Shown here in pieces: positions 50,400-63,720 of a stretch of DNA of 64,000 nucleotides. The position numbers and the translations under genes are program-made. The DNA is taken from positions 75,794,513 through 75,858,512 of the forward strand of contig NC_090379.1 of the NCBI RefSeq assembly GCF_036365525.1. The letters run 5' to 3'. The notes below the pieces were generated by a model, which was not told where the DNA came from, did not search any database, and worked only from the letters and a program-made list of their open reading frames with translations. The stretch comes from Heterodontus francisci (lineage: Eukaryota). The number at the start of each line of letters is the position of its first letter. The first letter of the stretch is position 1.

Positions 50400-51200
50400 A
50401 AAATACTGCGTTCTTTTACACAAGATTCCATTTGTCTAGGCTGAAAAATATATCTTATGTCACACAGAAGGCCTTTGGAAAAATACAACCCATGGAAATA
50501 CTGATCAGATATGCATTTGGTAGAAATTTTACAGGCAGAGGATTGTCATTAATGATATTGGATCTGAATTTGACTTGGTCATGAGCAGAGTTCCACAGGG
50601 CTCCCTGTTGGCATCACAGCTCTTCATTTTCATTAAGATTTAGATGAGGGCATAAGTAACAGTATGAAGTTTGCAGATAACACTAAAAATATGTACAGGG
50701 CTGAGTACTTAAGACCAAATCAATACATTTCAGATCTACATGGACAATTTAAGAGAATGGGCCAGTGTGTGGCAGTTCTCCTTTAGTGCAGATAAGTGCA
50801 GCATTATGCATTTCGAGTTGTTAACAGGTAAAAATTTAAGAAAAGGACCTGGTGATAATTAACCACTCATTAAAAGTGCACAGGAAAAGCAAACATGGGT
50901 TTGGGATATATAGCTATCTCGGATCATTTATATAAAATTAACATTCTACCGAGGGTATACAAGGCTTTGGTTTGATCACACTTAGAGTTTTGTTTCCAGC
51001 TTAGGTCCCCTTACATTGTGCAGTATATTGGAGGCAGTGGAAAAGATGTAGAGGAGAGCAACCAAAATGATAACTATTTGCAGGGCTTTTAGAGAAACAA
51101 AGTCTCAGTGTACATGTGACAAAGGATTTGAAAAACGATCAAGACTTTAGGCATAGTGGACAGGTTATCTGAGACTACCTGGACATGTGATGGGTATGGA
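50400..51200 (+). mobile_element. Ancient CR1 RT remnant
   Basis: Degenerate gttccacagggctccctgttgg (VPQGS) and aagtttgcagataacac (KFAD.T). Confidence 0.6.
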
Positions 51201-51249
51201 TACAATGCAGTCTCTCTACCCTTTCAACATCACTTCTTCCTGCATTCTT

Positions 51250-52010
51250 CCCTGGAAAGATCTCATCCAAGTTACGTCCAAATGCTGCCCATTTGATCAA
51301 CCACACTCACCACCACCATTGCAGCCATTTTCCCCTGCAAAACCTCTTCTCACCCCATCCTTGTAAGGCCACCACCTTCACTCCTTCAAATCCGAGAGGT
51401 GTACACTTGAGTACATATGCATCTATCACCAGAACTGCTACACTGCATTCAGCACGATTGGTTCCACTCTCCTCTGTCAAAATCACCCATTAATCCAGGA
51501 TCAGACTAGATAAAACATAATCCCCTGGCTAGCAACTTTCTCTTTAAACCCTTCTCTGCCCCATCCAACAACTGTGACAAGTTCAAGAACTTTTCATTAA
51601 GGCTGAGACCATCCATTGAGCTGCCTCTGCTGTTTCCACCCACTTGCCCACCAAGCCAAACCTCTCCTTAGGCTCCACATCTCTAATTCCCATCTCCCCT
51701 GTAGCCTTTGAGCCTACTGTATCTGAGACTCACCTCTTGCTCCATTGACCCTATGCCCACTCAAATACCCAATTTCTCTTTTTGGACCCCATGCTAGCAT
51801 ATTGTAAACAATCACCTCTCAGGTACTGTTCCTTTCCTTTCAAAATTGCTGTCATGCACCCTCTCAATAAACCCAACCCCCACCTCCACCATCCTTGAAA
51901 ACTACTGCCCCATTTCCAACCTCACTTTCCTCACCCTTGAGGGTGTTGCTTCCCAAAGCAGTGTCTATTTTTTGACAGAACTCTCCCGATCAGGTCTCCA
52001 CCCCTGCCAC
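51250..52010 (+). mobile_element. Old L2 internal fragment
   Basis: LENYCPISNLTFL motif and the C-rich sense-strand composition typical of L2. Confidence 0.6.
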
Positions 52011-52936
52011 AAAAAGAGTGATTTGATGATAGCAAGGGCACTTCACAGCTTTGTTGAGAAATGTGTTTTCTGAGACCAGATTAGCCAACATAACTTAATC
52101 CAGGTACAAAAGGACCCATAAATAAATATCTGGTTTGGATTAATTTTGGGCAAACAAGATTATAGTCTAGCTATATAGGTTAGGAAAATTCCTCTCCAAC
52201 CCCTTTAGGCAAGCAAAATCAGTCCAGATCATATGGACCACATGTCTGTTTTTTGTTAATCCACTTAGCTTCTAAATGGTGAATTTTCTTGCCCACTCAA
52301 GAATCAGTCCAGTTCCCTCTCGAAGGCAGGTTGAGAGAGTAAAGTAGAGCCAGCAATGCATTCCAGAGGGTCACGACTCTCTGGGGAGGAAAAGAAAATC
52401 TGCCAATGTTTGATCTATTCCTACCTCTGCACAGTTTAAATGCATGCCCCTTGGTCATCTCCAATCTGTCAAACTGGAATACTCTTTATCAATAGGCATG
52501 CAATCCAGCCTTATTTTAATATACATCAAAGGCTGCCTCGAAGTTAACACTGCTCTCAAGTAAATAGGCATTCTGTGCTTTCATATGCTCCGTGGAGAGC
52601 CCGCATGGATCACACTCCAATTGAGCATCAAATAGGGCTTCTATACCTTTCAAAGATTTCCTGCTTGGGTACCAGTGCTAATAGAAAATGGCACAACACA
52701 AAATAGATTGAAAAGTGTATTCATTGATTTGAAATGGTGCCATTAAGAATGCTTAGCTGAGCATCAGAATTCAGTCAAGATCTGTAAGGTGCAACTAACA
52801 GTGACAATGACCAACTCAACTGTCTGTCTGTCTTTGCTTCGCTCTCAAACCCAAATCTGATTATCCAGGCTAAATCAGCAAAGCTCACTTATCAAGGTTC
52901 TTCTGACCATTTCCTAAGCAGTATAAAGCAAGAAGT

Positions 52937-52940
<4 letters not shown>

Positions 52941-52987
<47 letters not shown>
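52941..52987. repeat. (TA)23 microsatellite
   Basis: Perfect dinucleotide run. Confidence 0.98.
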
Positions 52988-52990
<3 letters not shown>

Positions 52991-53021
52991 ATGAATATCT
53001 TCATAATTTCCCAAAGAACTG

Positions 53022-53253
53022 TGTGTCTGCGTGGGTTTTCGCCGGGTGCTCCGGTTTTCTCCCACAGCCAAAGACTTGCAAGTTGATCGGTAAATTGGCC
53101 ATTATAAATTGCCCCTAGTATAGGTAGGTGGTAGGGGAATGTAGGGACAGGTGGAGATGTGGTATGAATATGGGATTAGTGTAGAATTAGTATAAATGGG
53201 TGGTTGATGGTCAGCACAGACTCGGTGGGCTGAAGGGCCTGTTTCAGTGCTGT
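53022..53253 (+). mobile_element. HE1-type V-SINE, 5' truncated
   Basis: tgcgtgggttttcgccgggtgctccggttttctcccacagccaaagac..gggcctgtttcagtgctgta. Confidence 0.85.
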
Positions 53254-54519
53254 AAAATTCACTTATCTAAATATAGAACCAATTTGGGCTGGGGGTTATT
53301 TCAGACCTGCCAGCTTACTGTTTTGCTTAAAGATTAGCTAAACTTTGGTAAACTTTGTTTTTAAAAATATAATTTGGCAACATAATTTCTATCGAATAAA
53401 ACAGCACATTCTTTGGTCAATACCATAGAGAGATAGGACCGGAAATGGTTCCTGCTGCATTAGCATGTGGACTGTTCCATAAAAATTCACTGAATTAGAT
53501 GAAACATTAAGGTTCTGCTAGCAGCAGGAGTTGAAGATTAAAAAATGACAGCGATCCCAAATTTGGTACAATGGCTTAAACTACTACTTGGAATAATGAA
53601 TATGCTTTTCAGATTACAAACCACATTTTTGTTATCTGTCATGCAACAGCTGAAAATATTTCCTGTATGATTTTTATGTTGCCTTTTGTTAAACCAACAA
53701 TGGATCCATATATATAGATTTTCAAAATAAGTTGGAAATGTAATTGTTTTAATTTGACACAGACATGCTCAAAAGTAGCCTTAAGGGATAATTTAACCTT
53801 ACTTAAAAAGGTACATTTCAAGAGTATGTTCAAAAGCCCAGCATTGGTACACAACTTGAACATGGTGAGCATGGGTCGTGGAAAAATTAAGCCTCAAATA
53901 GTTTCCAATCCTCTCCTCGCCACAGTGCATGCTGACATCACATGTCTGCAATTGTGGTTTTCATAAAGATTTTAAAAAGCAAATAAAAGCCAAGTGGGTC
54001 AGGTTTCTAAATTTTGACAACCTTTTCCGAGAGAGAGGAGTTGGGACAATTGTGACTTTTAATGCTGGGTTTTTAATAGGAGTGCATATTCACGAGATTT
54101 AATATATAACGGCTGAACTGGTTCTTGACTGGGGCAGAGACTGCATCATCTTGAAGGTAAGTGGCTTAACAGATATATAATCTGGGTATTCAGAAAGAAA
54201 ACTGATATCTGTGTTGGAAAACCTTATTATCTTGGTCAGTATGCGAAAGGGACAGACACTAACACAGCAAGAGGCTTTTAAGAACAGATCTGATCTTTCA
54301 GTCAGTCTGGTTTTTGGGAGATGAGATGCTACAAAGGTGATAAAGTCCTGCCAAAGGGTTTGAAAAAAGGGAGAGGAGAGAGTTCTGTGCTGAGCAGAAG
54401 TTATTCTGTTGAAGTGAAATTAAGATGACCCATTTCAAAGTGGGATAGGACTGCACGTTCCCATTTTGTCCTGCATGAATACAACTTGTACCTATTGAAT
54501 AAAGTAACTTTGATCATAC

Positions 54520-54606
54520 CTGATGCATTGTATGTTGTCTGTGAAAGCAAGCAGTATATCATTCAAATCAAACTTCACCTCATTTAGTATTAACTTGGAC
54601 CACCAC
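54520..54606 (-). other. Candidate 87-nt exon, unidentified
   Basis: tatttgttcaatcctag|G..CAG|gtatga; one open frame, WWSKLILNEVKFDLNDILLAFTDNIQCI. Confidence 0.3.
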
Positions 54607-54696
54607 CTAGGATTGAACAAATACATATGCGCAAGATACAAGTATCCAGTCCTGATCACAAGAGCATGCTATATTTTACATCCTGGATTATACCAT

Positions 54697-56345
54697 TGTC
54701 ATGCCAACTTGCTGCGTTGAATGATAATTTTCTTTAATCCATTGACTGGAGATCTGAACTTATTTTTTATTTTAAAAAGAAATTTAGAAAGAACAGATTT
54801 TAAAAAAAGATGACTTTGCTAGCAGCTTAAGAGGGCAACACTGTATCCTACACTGCAAGGCCTGTGAGGAGGGAGATGAAATGTCTGCTCATTCCCCAGC
54901 AAGAACCAAGACCCAGGAAGTTTGTTCTTTTTCTTTTGCCAGAAGAAATACGGCTAACTACTACATTTGAATCATTGAGTGACTGTCATGTGACAAGCCC
55001 CTCCCCATTGGTGGTTTTAAGCTTCTTTTTCTCTACAGGGATTCGGACAGGTAGAGACCCAATTGGCGTCCCTCTCGCACTCTCTCCATTCCAGCTTGAA
55101 AGCTTAAAAACTAGTCTGTTGACTGACCACCTTTGCACACTCCAGCTATACTCAGAAACCCTGGTGGAGGAAATCATCCATATTGCAGTCTGCAGGAGAC
55201 CCACCAAACCAGTCATCTGCCTCTTCAAACTAAAAGCCTCAGGATCACTGAATTCAGCTAGAATCCAGCTGAATCACCAAATGCCAAAAACTGTACACCC
55301 CTTTTTTCCATGGACTCTAACTCAACCAATCTACCTTTTCCCACTCTAACCTATGTGAGTGTGTGTAAACCTCTCGTGTTTGTGTGTGTGTGAGAATTGG
55401 TGCGTTATTTTCATTAGTTCGGTTTAGACAGGCAGAGAGATCTGGCGTACAGGTCCACAGGTCAATGAAAGTGGCAACGCAAGTGGATAAGGTAGTCAAG
55501 AAGGCATACGGCATACTTGCCTTCATTGGTCGGGGCATAGAGTATAAAAATTGGCAAGTAATGTTGCAGCTGTACAGAACCTTAGTTAGGCCACACTTAG
55601 AATATTGCGTGCAATTCTGGTCACCACACTACCAGAAGGACGTGGAGGCTTTGGAGAGGGTACAGAGGAGGTTTACCAGGATGTTGCCTGGTCTGGAGGA
55701 CATTAGCTATGAGGAGAGGTTGGAAAAACTCTGATTGTTTTCACTGGAACGACGGAGGTGGAGGGGCGACATGATAGAGGTTTACAAAGTTATGAGCGGC
55801 ATGGACAGAGTGGATAGTCAGAAGCTTTTTCCCAGGGTGGAAGAGTCAGTAACTAGGGGACATAGGTTTAAGGTGCGAGGGGCAAAGTTTAGAGGGGATG
55901 TGCGAGGCAAGTTTTTTTTTTTTATATACACAGAGGGTGGGGAGTGCCTGGAACTTGCTGCCAGGGGAGGCGGTGGAAGCAGATACAATAGTGACGTTTA
56001 AGACACATCTTGACAAATATATAAATAGGAAGGGAACAGAGGGATATGGGCCCCGGAAGTGCAGAAGGTGTTAGTTTAGGCAGGCATCAAGATTGGCGCA
56101 GGCTTGGAGGGCCAAATGGCCTGTTCCTGTGCTGTACTGTTCTTTGTACTTACAATAAAGTTAACCTTCTTTGTTAAACTCAAGAAAACCTGTCTGATTA
56201 GTTCTTGTTATGATCATAGCAAGTAAGTAATCAAACACCTACTGAATTGGCCAGTACATCCACTTTAAAAAAGAACTAAACCTCTGGTGGGCAGAGAGAG
56301 GGAATAAAGGGAAGCCCTTCGACTCTTCCTCACTTGACCACAACA
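54697..56345. mobile_element. Solo LTR (Gypsy-like), interrupted by a CR1
   Basis: Termini TGTCA..CAACA; flanks CCAT/CTAT form a 4-bp TSD with one transition; related to 48800-49523. Confidence 0.65.
55428..56146 (+). mobile_element. CR1 3' portion
   Basis: [19 protein letters not shown] and RRWRGDMIEVYK; tail tgtgctgtactgttctttg. Confidence 0.9.
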
Positions 56346-57117
56346 CTATTGTGTAAATTGGTATAGTGCAGTATTAGACAATTCCCTTAGAAGAGGCTCA
56401 AGCAGCCTGATGGAGTGCCTGATGCCACTGAACCAGAGAAAGCATTTATATGAGAATCATAATGGCATAATTAAAAAGAGTAAACTAATAAAACATTTTT
56501 TTTTATTGACTTGGGCAAAGCGTCTGCAATTTTAAAATGTCAAATCAGAAGCATAATTTTTTTTAACTACACTTTTGATTTCAGCAACTTGTCAAAATGC
56601 TCCATTCAATTTTTATATTTTGCATCTCACCTTTTTTTTTTATTGTACACATAGTTCTGTAATACTTGCAAATCTCTACATTATTCATGTAAGCAGGGGT
56701 GGGACAAATCTTGGTATAATGATCATTGATCAGCATTTTATATGGCAAAAGTTACCGAGTAAACACATTTTAATGAATTCTCAAACTTTTAAAAATCAAA
56801 TCCTCAATATGGTTTCTCACCATCCCCCCATTCCCCTACCAAATACAAAGCTACCTATCTGTGCTTACATGGATGCAAGAAATTGGAGTCAGGAAGCAAC
56901 AAAGAAAGTCACTGCACACAAATGTGGACTATTTTGAAAGGAATTTGACCAGTGTTTCCTTTGCTAAATGTCCATTCTCAGTGAAAAAACTGAATATTAA
57001 TATGTAAAAAATCTGATCATCCCCCAATTCACCCTCACCCCCTTTATTATTCCTGGCACATACAAGTGCTCACACTGACAGAGGAAGAGGAAATAATATA
57101 ATTTATGAGCGACATAC

Positions 57118-57176
57118 ACAATGACTGGTACAAAGCCAATTGACCTGGCCCGATGGAACACAATCAGCACACACCC
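57118..57176 (-). other. Candidate 59-nt exon (or part of a conserved regulatory element)
   Basis: cctaagactgtgttttccctgtgtttag|GGGTGT..CATTGT|gtatgt. Confidence 0.3.
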
Positions 57177-58199
57177 CTAAACACAGGGAAAACACAGTCT
57201 TAGGTCATTTTTACACTTTCACATTGCTGTATAAATGTTTGTTACTGCAAAGTTTGCTGTCTTGAACTAATTGCATTTGTGCACCAAAGATTCCAGGTGG
57301 TAAGCTGGAGGTTTGCTATGTAAAGCATTCCAATCTGTTGCATAGAAAGTAAAAAAATCCTGAACTAACAACTCTTGTTTATTTCTAGTGGGTCAGAGCT
57401 GCATTAATCCATTTCCGCCTTCCCTATTATGGAGCTCATCATGCAGCTCTGTTAGGTTTGACATAAGCCTTTGGAACTCATAAATGAAAGTTATCAGGAG
57501 TTCCAATACTATTACAAAGAAGATACTCCTATCTAAGTAAGTGAGAATACTAGTAATTACACAAGTATCTGTTTACAGGAAACAATTAGCTCTAGCCACA
57601 CAAGTGACTGTAGCACAAGTGGTTTCTTCGAGTGTACAGGATAAGTACATAAGTGCTTATAAGTGCAAACTGAAAAAAAAAAACCTTGAAATTAATTAAA
57701 AGAAAAAAAAACTCTACAGTTACTGTAACAAGAGGGATACCACTTGGAAGAATTGGGGAACCTCCAAAAAAAATGTAAACATGACAGAAAGGCAATGAGA
57801 AAATACAAAATGAGCATTGTTGTAGAAAGCAAATTCAATGTTAAGAAATTGTTTTAGACTTTTAAACAGCAAGAGTGTTAGCAAGAATTGAAATGGAAAG
57901 TTCAGCAGGATGGAAACATGACAATTAACTATTTCAAGTATCAATATAGAAGATACCAATCATTGGAGGCTCGATAAGTAACCTTAAATAGATGAGAAAA
58001 ATATCCTCGACCAGCTTAAAAGGACCCAATTCTAAAACCACAAGGACAGATACTACACATTCAAAGTTGCTAAGCCAATAGGGGACTCTCAGTGCTGCTT
58101 ACCTGCATTGACTGCTGCCTAAGGCACAGAGTGTGAAGAAGGGAGTTTGGTAAGTGAGGGAGTTCAGCAAGGAGGGGAATGATAAATTAATTATGAAAA

Positions 58200-60720
58200 A
58201 ATAAATTTAAATTAACAGAAGATGGCAGGACAGGGGTGATGTGTCACAGTTGCAGTATGTGAGATTTCCTGGATGCCACTGCAATCCATGGCAACCATGT
58301 CTGTAGCAAGGGTCTGTGGCTTGAAGAGCTTCGTCTCAGAGTCATTGAGCTAGAGGCCGAGCTATTTAGCTCGGCACCAGTATGGGGGGGGGGGGGGGGG
58401 GGTGGGTTAGTGGTGGCTGTACTGTTGGGATGGTCTACACTTGAATTGTGCTGGGACCAGTGTTCTAGCGAGCCGCATAACTAGGGAAGTAGAGAGGGTT
58501 TTCGGTTACGTAGTGGGGGCAAGGGATCAAATTTGGGAAGATGTCATAAATCAAAGAGTAGGGACAAGGCAAGAGAGAAAGGCATTAATATGGGAAAAGA
58601 CAAACAGACCGTGACAGGAAGGGACAGTGATTACAAATCTAAGAGTAAATCAGCAGACAATGCTAGACATTACAAAGATAATAAAAAGGACAAAACTAAA
58701 GGCTCTGTACCTGAATGCATGTGCATTCAAAACAAACCATATGAACTGATAGCGCAAATAGAAATAAATATGATCTGATAGCTATTACTGAGACATAGCT
58801 GCAGGATGACATAGATTGAGACCTGAATATTGAAGGGTACAAGAGATTAAGGAAGGACAGGAAGCTAGGAAAGGTGGAGGGTGGCTCTGTTAATTAATGA
58901 TGGTATTAGCACAATAGAGAGGGATGACCTAAGTTCAAAAAACCAGAATGTAGAAGCAGTTTGGGTCGAGATGAGAAATGATAAAGGAAAGAAGTTACTT
59001 GTGTGAATGGTGTACAGGCACCCAAACAGTAACCACATGGTAGGACGGGGTATAAAGGATGCTTGTCAGAAAGGTATGGCGATAATCATGGGGGATTTTA
59101 ATCTACATATAGTTTGGAAAAATCAGATGGGCAAAGGTAGCCTAGATAAGGAGTTCATATAACATTTTCAGAATTGTTTCTTAGAACAGCACATTCTTGA
59201 GCCAACCAGAGAGCAGGCCATACTAGACGTGGTATTGTGCAATGAGATAGGATTGATTACTGACCTCATTGTGGTGAAGACACCCCTAGGCATCAGCAAT
59301 CATATGATTGAATTTTACGTTCAGTTTGAAGGAGAGAAGAGTGGGTCAAAAACTAGTATTCTTAAACTTAAATAAGGGCAATTAGGAGAGCATGAAAGCA
59401 GAGCTCGCAAAAACGAACTGGCAAAGTAGGTTAAGGAATAGGTCAATAGAAATGTAGTGGCAGACATTTAAGGGGATATTTCAGAATACACAGAATAGAT
59501 ACATTTCAACGTGGAAGAAAAATTCAAGGGAAGGACCTGCCATCCGTGGTTAACTAAAAAAGTTGAAGATCGTAACAAACTTAAGAAAAAGCATATAATT
59601 GCGCAAAGATGGGTGGCAGGCCAGACAATTGGATAGAATATAAAAAGCAGCAAAGAACGACTAAAAGATTAATAAGGAGGGAAAAATTAGAGTATGAGAG
59701 AAAGCTGGCTAGAAATATAAAGACTGATAGTAAGAGTTTCTATAGATATTTAAAAAAGTTAAAGTGAGCGTTGGTCCTATAGAAAGTGAGTCTGGGAAAT
59801 TAATAAGGGAAAATAAGGAGATGACAGATGAATTGTACAGGTATTTGTGTCGGTCTTCACCACAGAGGAGACAAGTAACATTCCAGAAATAGGTGTAAAT
59901 CAGGAAATGGAAGGGAGGGAGGAACTCAGGAAAAAGGAAAATTACAACCACCAGGGAAGTGGTACTGAGCAAATTATTGGAGCTGCAAGCTGACAAGTCC
60001 CCGGGTCCTGATGAACTTCATTCTAGGGTCTTAAAAGAAGTGGCTAGTGAGATAGTTGATGCATTGGTTTTAATTTTCCAAAATTCCCTAGACTCGGGGA
60101 AGGTTCCATTAGATTGCAAAATAGCCAATGTAACTCCTTTATTAAAAAGGGAGGGAGAAAGAAAGCAGGAAACTACAGGCCAGTTAGCTTAACATCTGTC
60201 TTAGGGAAAATGTTGGAAGCTATTATTAAAGACATTATAGCAGGGCACTGAGAAAAATTCAAGGTAATCAGGCAGAGTCAACATGCTTTTGTGAAAGGGA
60301 AATCGTGTCTAACCAATTTATTGGATTTCTTTGGGTAAAGGGGATGTACTGCACTTAGATTTCCAGAAAAAGGTGCCACATCAATATTTATCATGGAAAA
60401 TAAAAGCTCATGGTGTAGAGAGTAACATATTGGCATGGATAGAAGAGTGGCTAGCTAACAGGAAACAAAGAGTAGGCATAAATGGGTCATTTTCTTGTTG
60501 GCAAAATGTAACGAGTGGTGTGCCACAGGAATCAGTGCTGATTTATATAAATGACTTGGATGAAGGGGCCGAAGGTATAGTTGCTAAATTTGCTGATGAC
60601 ACAAAGATAGGTAGGAAACTAATTTGTGAAGAACACATCAGGAGTGATAAGTGAGTGGGCAAAGATCTGGCACATGGAGTATAATGTGGGAAAATGTGAA
60701 ATTGCCCTGCTCCTAATTTG
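58200..60720 (+). mobile_element. Decayed CR1: ORF1 zinc finger, deletion, APE, RT, abrupt jump to tail
   Basis: CHSCSM..LRVIELEAE at 58240-58362, LYLNA at 58705, MGDFN, KSPGPD and KFADDTK. Confidence 0.85.
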
Positions 60721-60979
60721 GATTTATGTTCGTATATAACAAAATCTATGATATGCCATCAATTCTCATGGAGTCAATTGAATATGGGTGAGATCCCATT
60801 GGTCAGCAAACTAGTCATAAAATAGTATCTATTTTCAAAGGCCATAAAACAAACCATGGTAACAACATATCCATTCATCTTGTGTTAGTAACTGACAAAA
60901 TATGGATTCAATTGTTAAAAGTTTAAATGTCTATATGAAAATAATTTAAGTTTCAGAAAGGGACTGATTCTGCCTGACC

Positions 60980-61770
60980 AGCCTCCTTCACGAGGAAGTG
61001 ACATCATAAATAGATGTTAAGAAGCCCCATTTCCCTCGATTTTCTGAAAACCTTCAATAAAAGTTTCACATGAAAGGCTGACAAAGCAGCTAAAGAACTA
61101 CAAAAAGACCTAGACAATATTTGCAAATAAACAGAACTATGGTAGATAAAATTCAGTAAATTGCAAGGTCTTACACGCAAGTAAAAAAAAAACAGGGGAT
61201 GAATAATGAATGGCATTAAACTAGGCAGGGGAGGGGCAGAAAAATCTGATAGTGAATATAGACTCAACATTGATTACATCCAGTCTTTGTAAAGTTGCAA
61301 TTAAAGTGAACATAATACCGAATTACAGTTTTAAAATCAGTAAGAGTCTGAGGCCATCTTGCCAAAGCTATCTGATTCTCGAGTTGTACGTTAAATATTG
61401 TGCTCAGCTCTGGTCATTGGGGCTGAATGGCAACAACCAAGTCCTGAATGTGCACAAAAGGCCATGAGGCACCATTAGAAAAATAGCCTGGAAAAGAGAC
61501 AAATGGGAGGGGGTTCTTATGCTTAGTATCTTACTCCCACAACAAAAAAGGTCAATCCAAAGCAGTACAAAAAGGAGCACAGGTATAAACAAGTAAAAGG
61601 TACGTTTAGGACAGATGTAGGAAACACTTTTTCTCTCATAAGTGATGAATATCCAGAATGGTCTTCCAGATAGCGAAAACGTCAAATATTTCTACATGCT
61701 GCTACATAACATGGGGAGAATAAATGGTTCTACAGAAGGATGAACTAGTTGAGTCAAATAGCATGCTCCT
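60980..61770 (+). mobile_element. Ancient CR1 RT and 3' remnant
   Basis: Degenerate FNKVSHERL, LQKDLD and YCAQLWS motifs. Confidence 0.55.
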
Positions 61771-61799
61771 TTTTACTTGCCTTTATTTTGGTAAAGCAT

Positions 61800-62990
61800 A
61801 AAAAAAGGGGATGGAAACAAATAGCACAGCTTTAGAAGAGTGGGAGCTGCATACATAGACCTAAGCGTAGAGAGGCTTTGCTGAGATAGGTGAAGCAAGA
61901 CCGTAGAAGGATCTGAAGAGGAAGATGGGGATTCTGAAGTGGATACATTAAGGGAGGGCAGAAATGACAGATGTGCATGACAAGGTAGCAGACCCCTGAA
62001 TGAGTTGGAATTTGTGCAGCGAAATATACCAGAAGTATTTTGGAGGACTTATGCCTTGATGGATGAGATAGATCGTGCAATTGGAGGTCTTGGTGATGAA
62101 CCAGATATGGGGCTTGAAGCTCAGTTCAAGGGAGGTATGTACTTGCAAATTTGGTCAGTTAGCAGCCTGGGACAGTTACGGAATCAGCATTTGAAATCCA
62201 TTTTCTGGTAGCAGCTGTATAGGATGGCTTCATAGCTTTTCATGTTAATCTGGTTAGTTCTAAATCCTGCAGGATTTTTGTCAGGCAGTACTGTGACCCT
62301 TTGAAATCAAGAGTGGAAATGGAGAAATGAGTGTCATCAGCACACACAGACTTGCAATTACAATTATGTTGCTGAGGAGTGGCATATATAGGTAAGGAAT
62401 AGTAGAGTGCTACTAATGGCAGTATGGGCCACAATGAGGCGATGAACTGCACTGGAACAAGAAAGTGTCCCGTATTACAACAGAATGGTCTACCATATCT
62501 AAAGTTGCAAGGAGGCCCAGGAAACAAGGATGGCTAACATATTCAAAGACCTTCCAGACAAAAAGTAGATGGGAAATCACTAACAGTTTGAGGAGTCAAG
62601 GGAAGACTTTTAAGGGAGGGTGTCCATGAGAAGTGTTTACAAAGTACAGCATGATGCCTGATGATATTTGAAAGCACTGGACTGAGCAGTAATAATTTAG
62701 TGGTGAGTATCTGAATTTGGAGGGGATAGTAGCAAGTGGAGAGCTTCAATGAGGAAATAAACATGGTAAAGTCTGGGGCTATGGAATTGTAGGCAGAAAC
62801 TGTGGAAAGTGATCCTGAATGGGGACTGGATTGTGAGAGGTAGAGGAGCTGTTGGGGGCTGAGGCAAATACTGAGACTATCAAATCAGGTGTAAGATGAG
62901 GCTGGAGCAGCAGGGAGGAAGGAAAGTTGCAAGAGGCAGTTTGTAATAAGGAAGATGTTTGAAATGATTATTCTACTCCAGGGCAAACCT
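61800..62990 (-). mobile_element. Ancient L2 remnant
   Basis: ADDTHF (62240-62527 ORF) and degenerate L2 C-terminal motifs. Confidence 0.55.
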
Positions 62991-63094
62991 GAAGTACTAG
63001 GATGTTTGCTGGATAGTGTTAGAATTAATACCACACTCTACATTCAAATAAAGTGACATGACACTACAGATACAGAGTTGTGTCGAGTATAAAG

Positions 63095-63720
63095 AATGAA
63101 CTTGTATTTATTCATTTTTCACATCCACAGGCTGTTCCAAAATATTTTATAACCAAGGAATTACTTTTGAAGTGCCTCTTACAATTTTCCTTCCGCCCTG
63201 CTCCTCCATCCTCATCTGACACCCAATTCAATAGTCTTAGCCTTAGAAATTGAGGCTATTTTTTTTTTTTACTGAGCTACCTCAGCCTCCAATATCTCTC
63301 CTTTCACAGTCCAGTCCCCATTCAGAAACACTCTCCACAGTTTCAACCTACAATTCTGCAGCCCCAGATTTTACCAGATTTATTTTACCGTTATTTAGGG
63401 AAACATGGCAATCAATTTGCACATAGCTTGGTCCTACAAACAGCAAATAAAATGAAAGACCAGTTACCTATTTTTCATGGTATTGGTCGAGGGAGAAATG
63501 GTGGCCAGACACTGAAAATTCAGCTGTTCAAATACTACTGTGGGATCTTATCTTGACCTATACAGAGAGACTTCAATTTAACTTCTCATCTGAAAAGTGG
63601 GATCTCCAACAATGTAGCACTCTTTCAGAAGTGCACTAAAGTGTGATCTTTGATTATATGCTGAAGTTCTGGAGTGGAACCTGAACCCAGAACATTCCAA
63701 CTCCGATAGAGAATGCTATC
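63095..63720 (-). mobile_element. Old Deu-domain SINE containing a ~210-bp inverted local insertion
   Basis: Reverse complement of tail (aacttgtattta), Deu core (tgtgggatctt) and B box (gaacctgaaccc); interrupted at 63173-63385. Confidence 0.65.
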
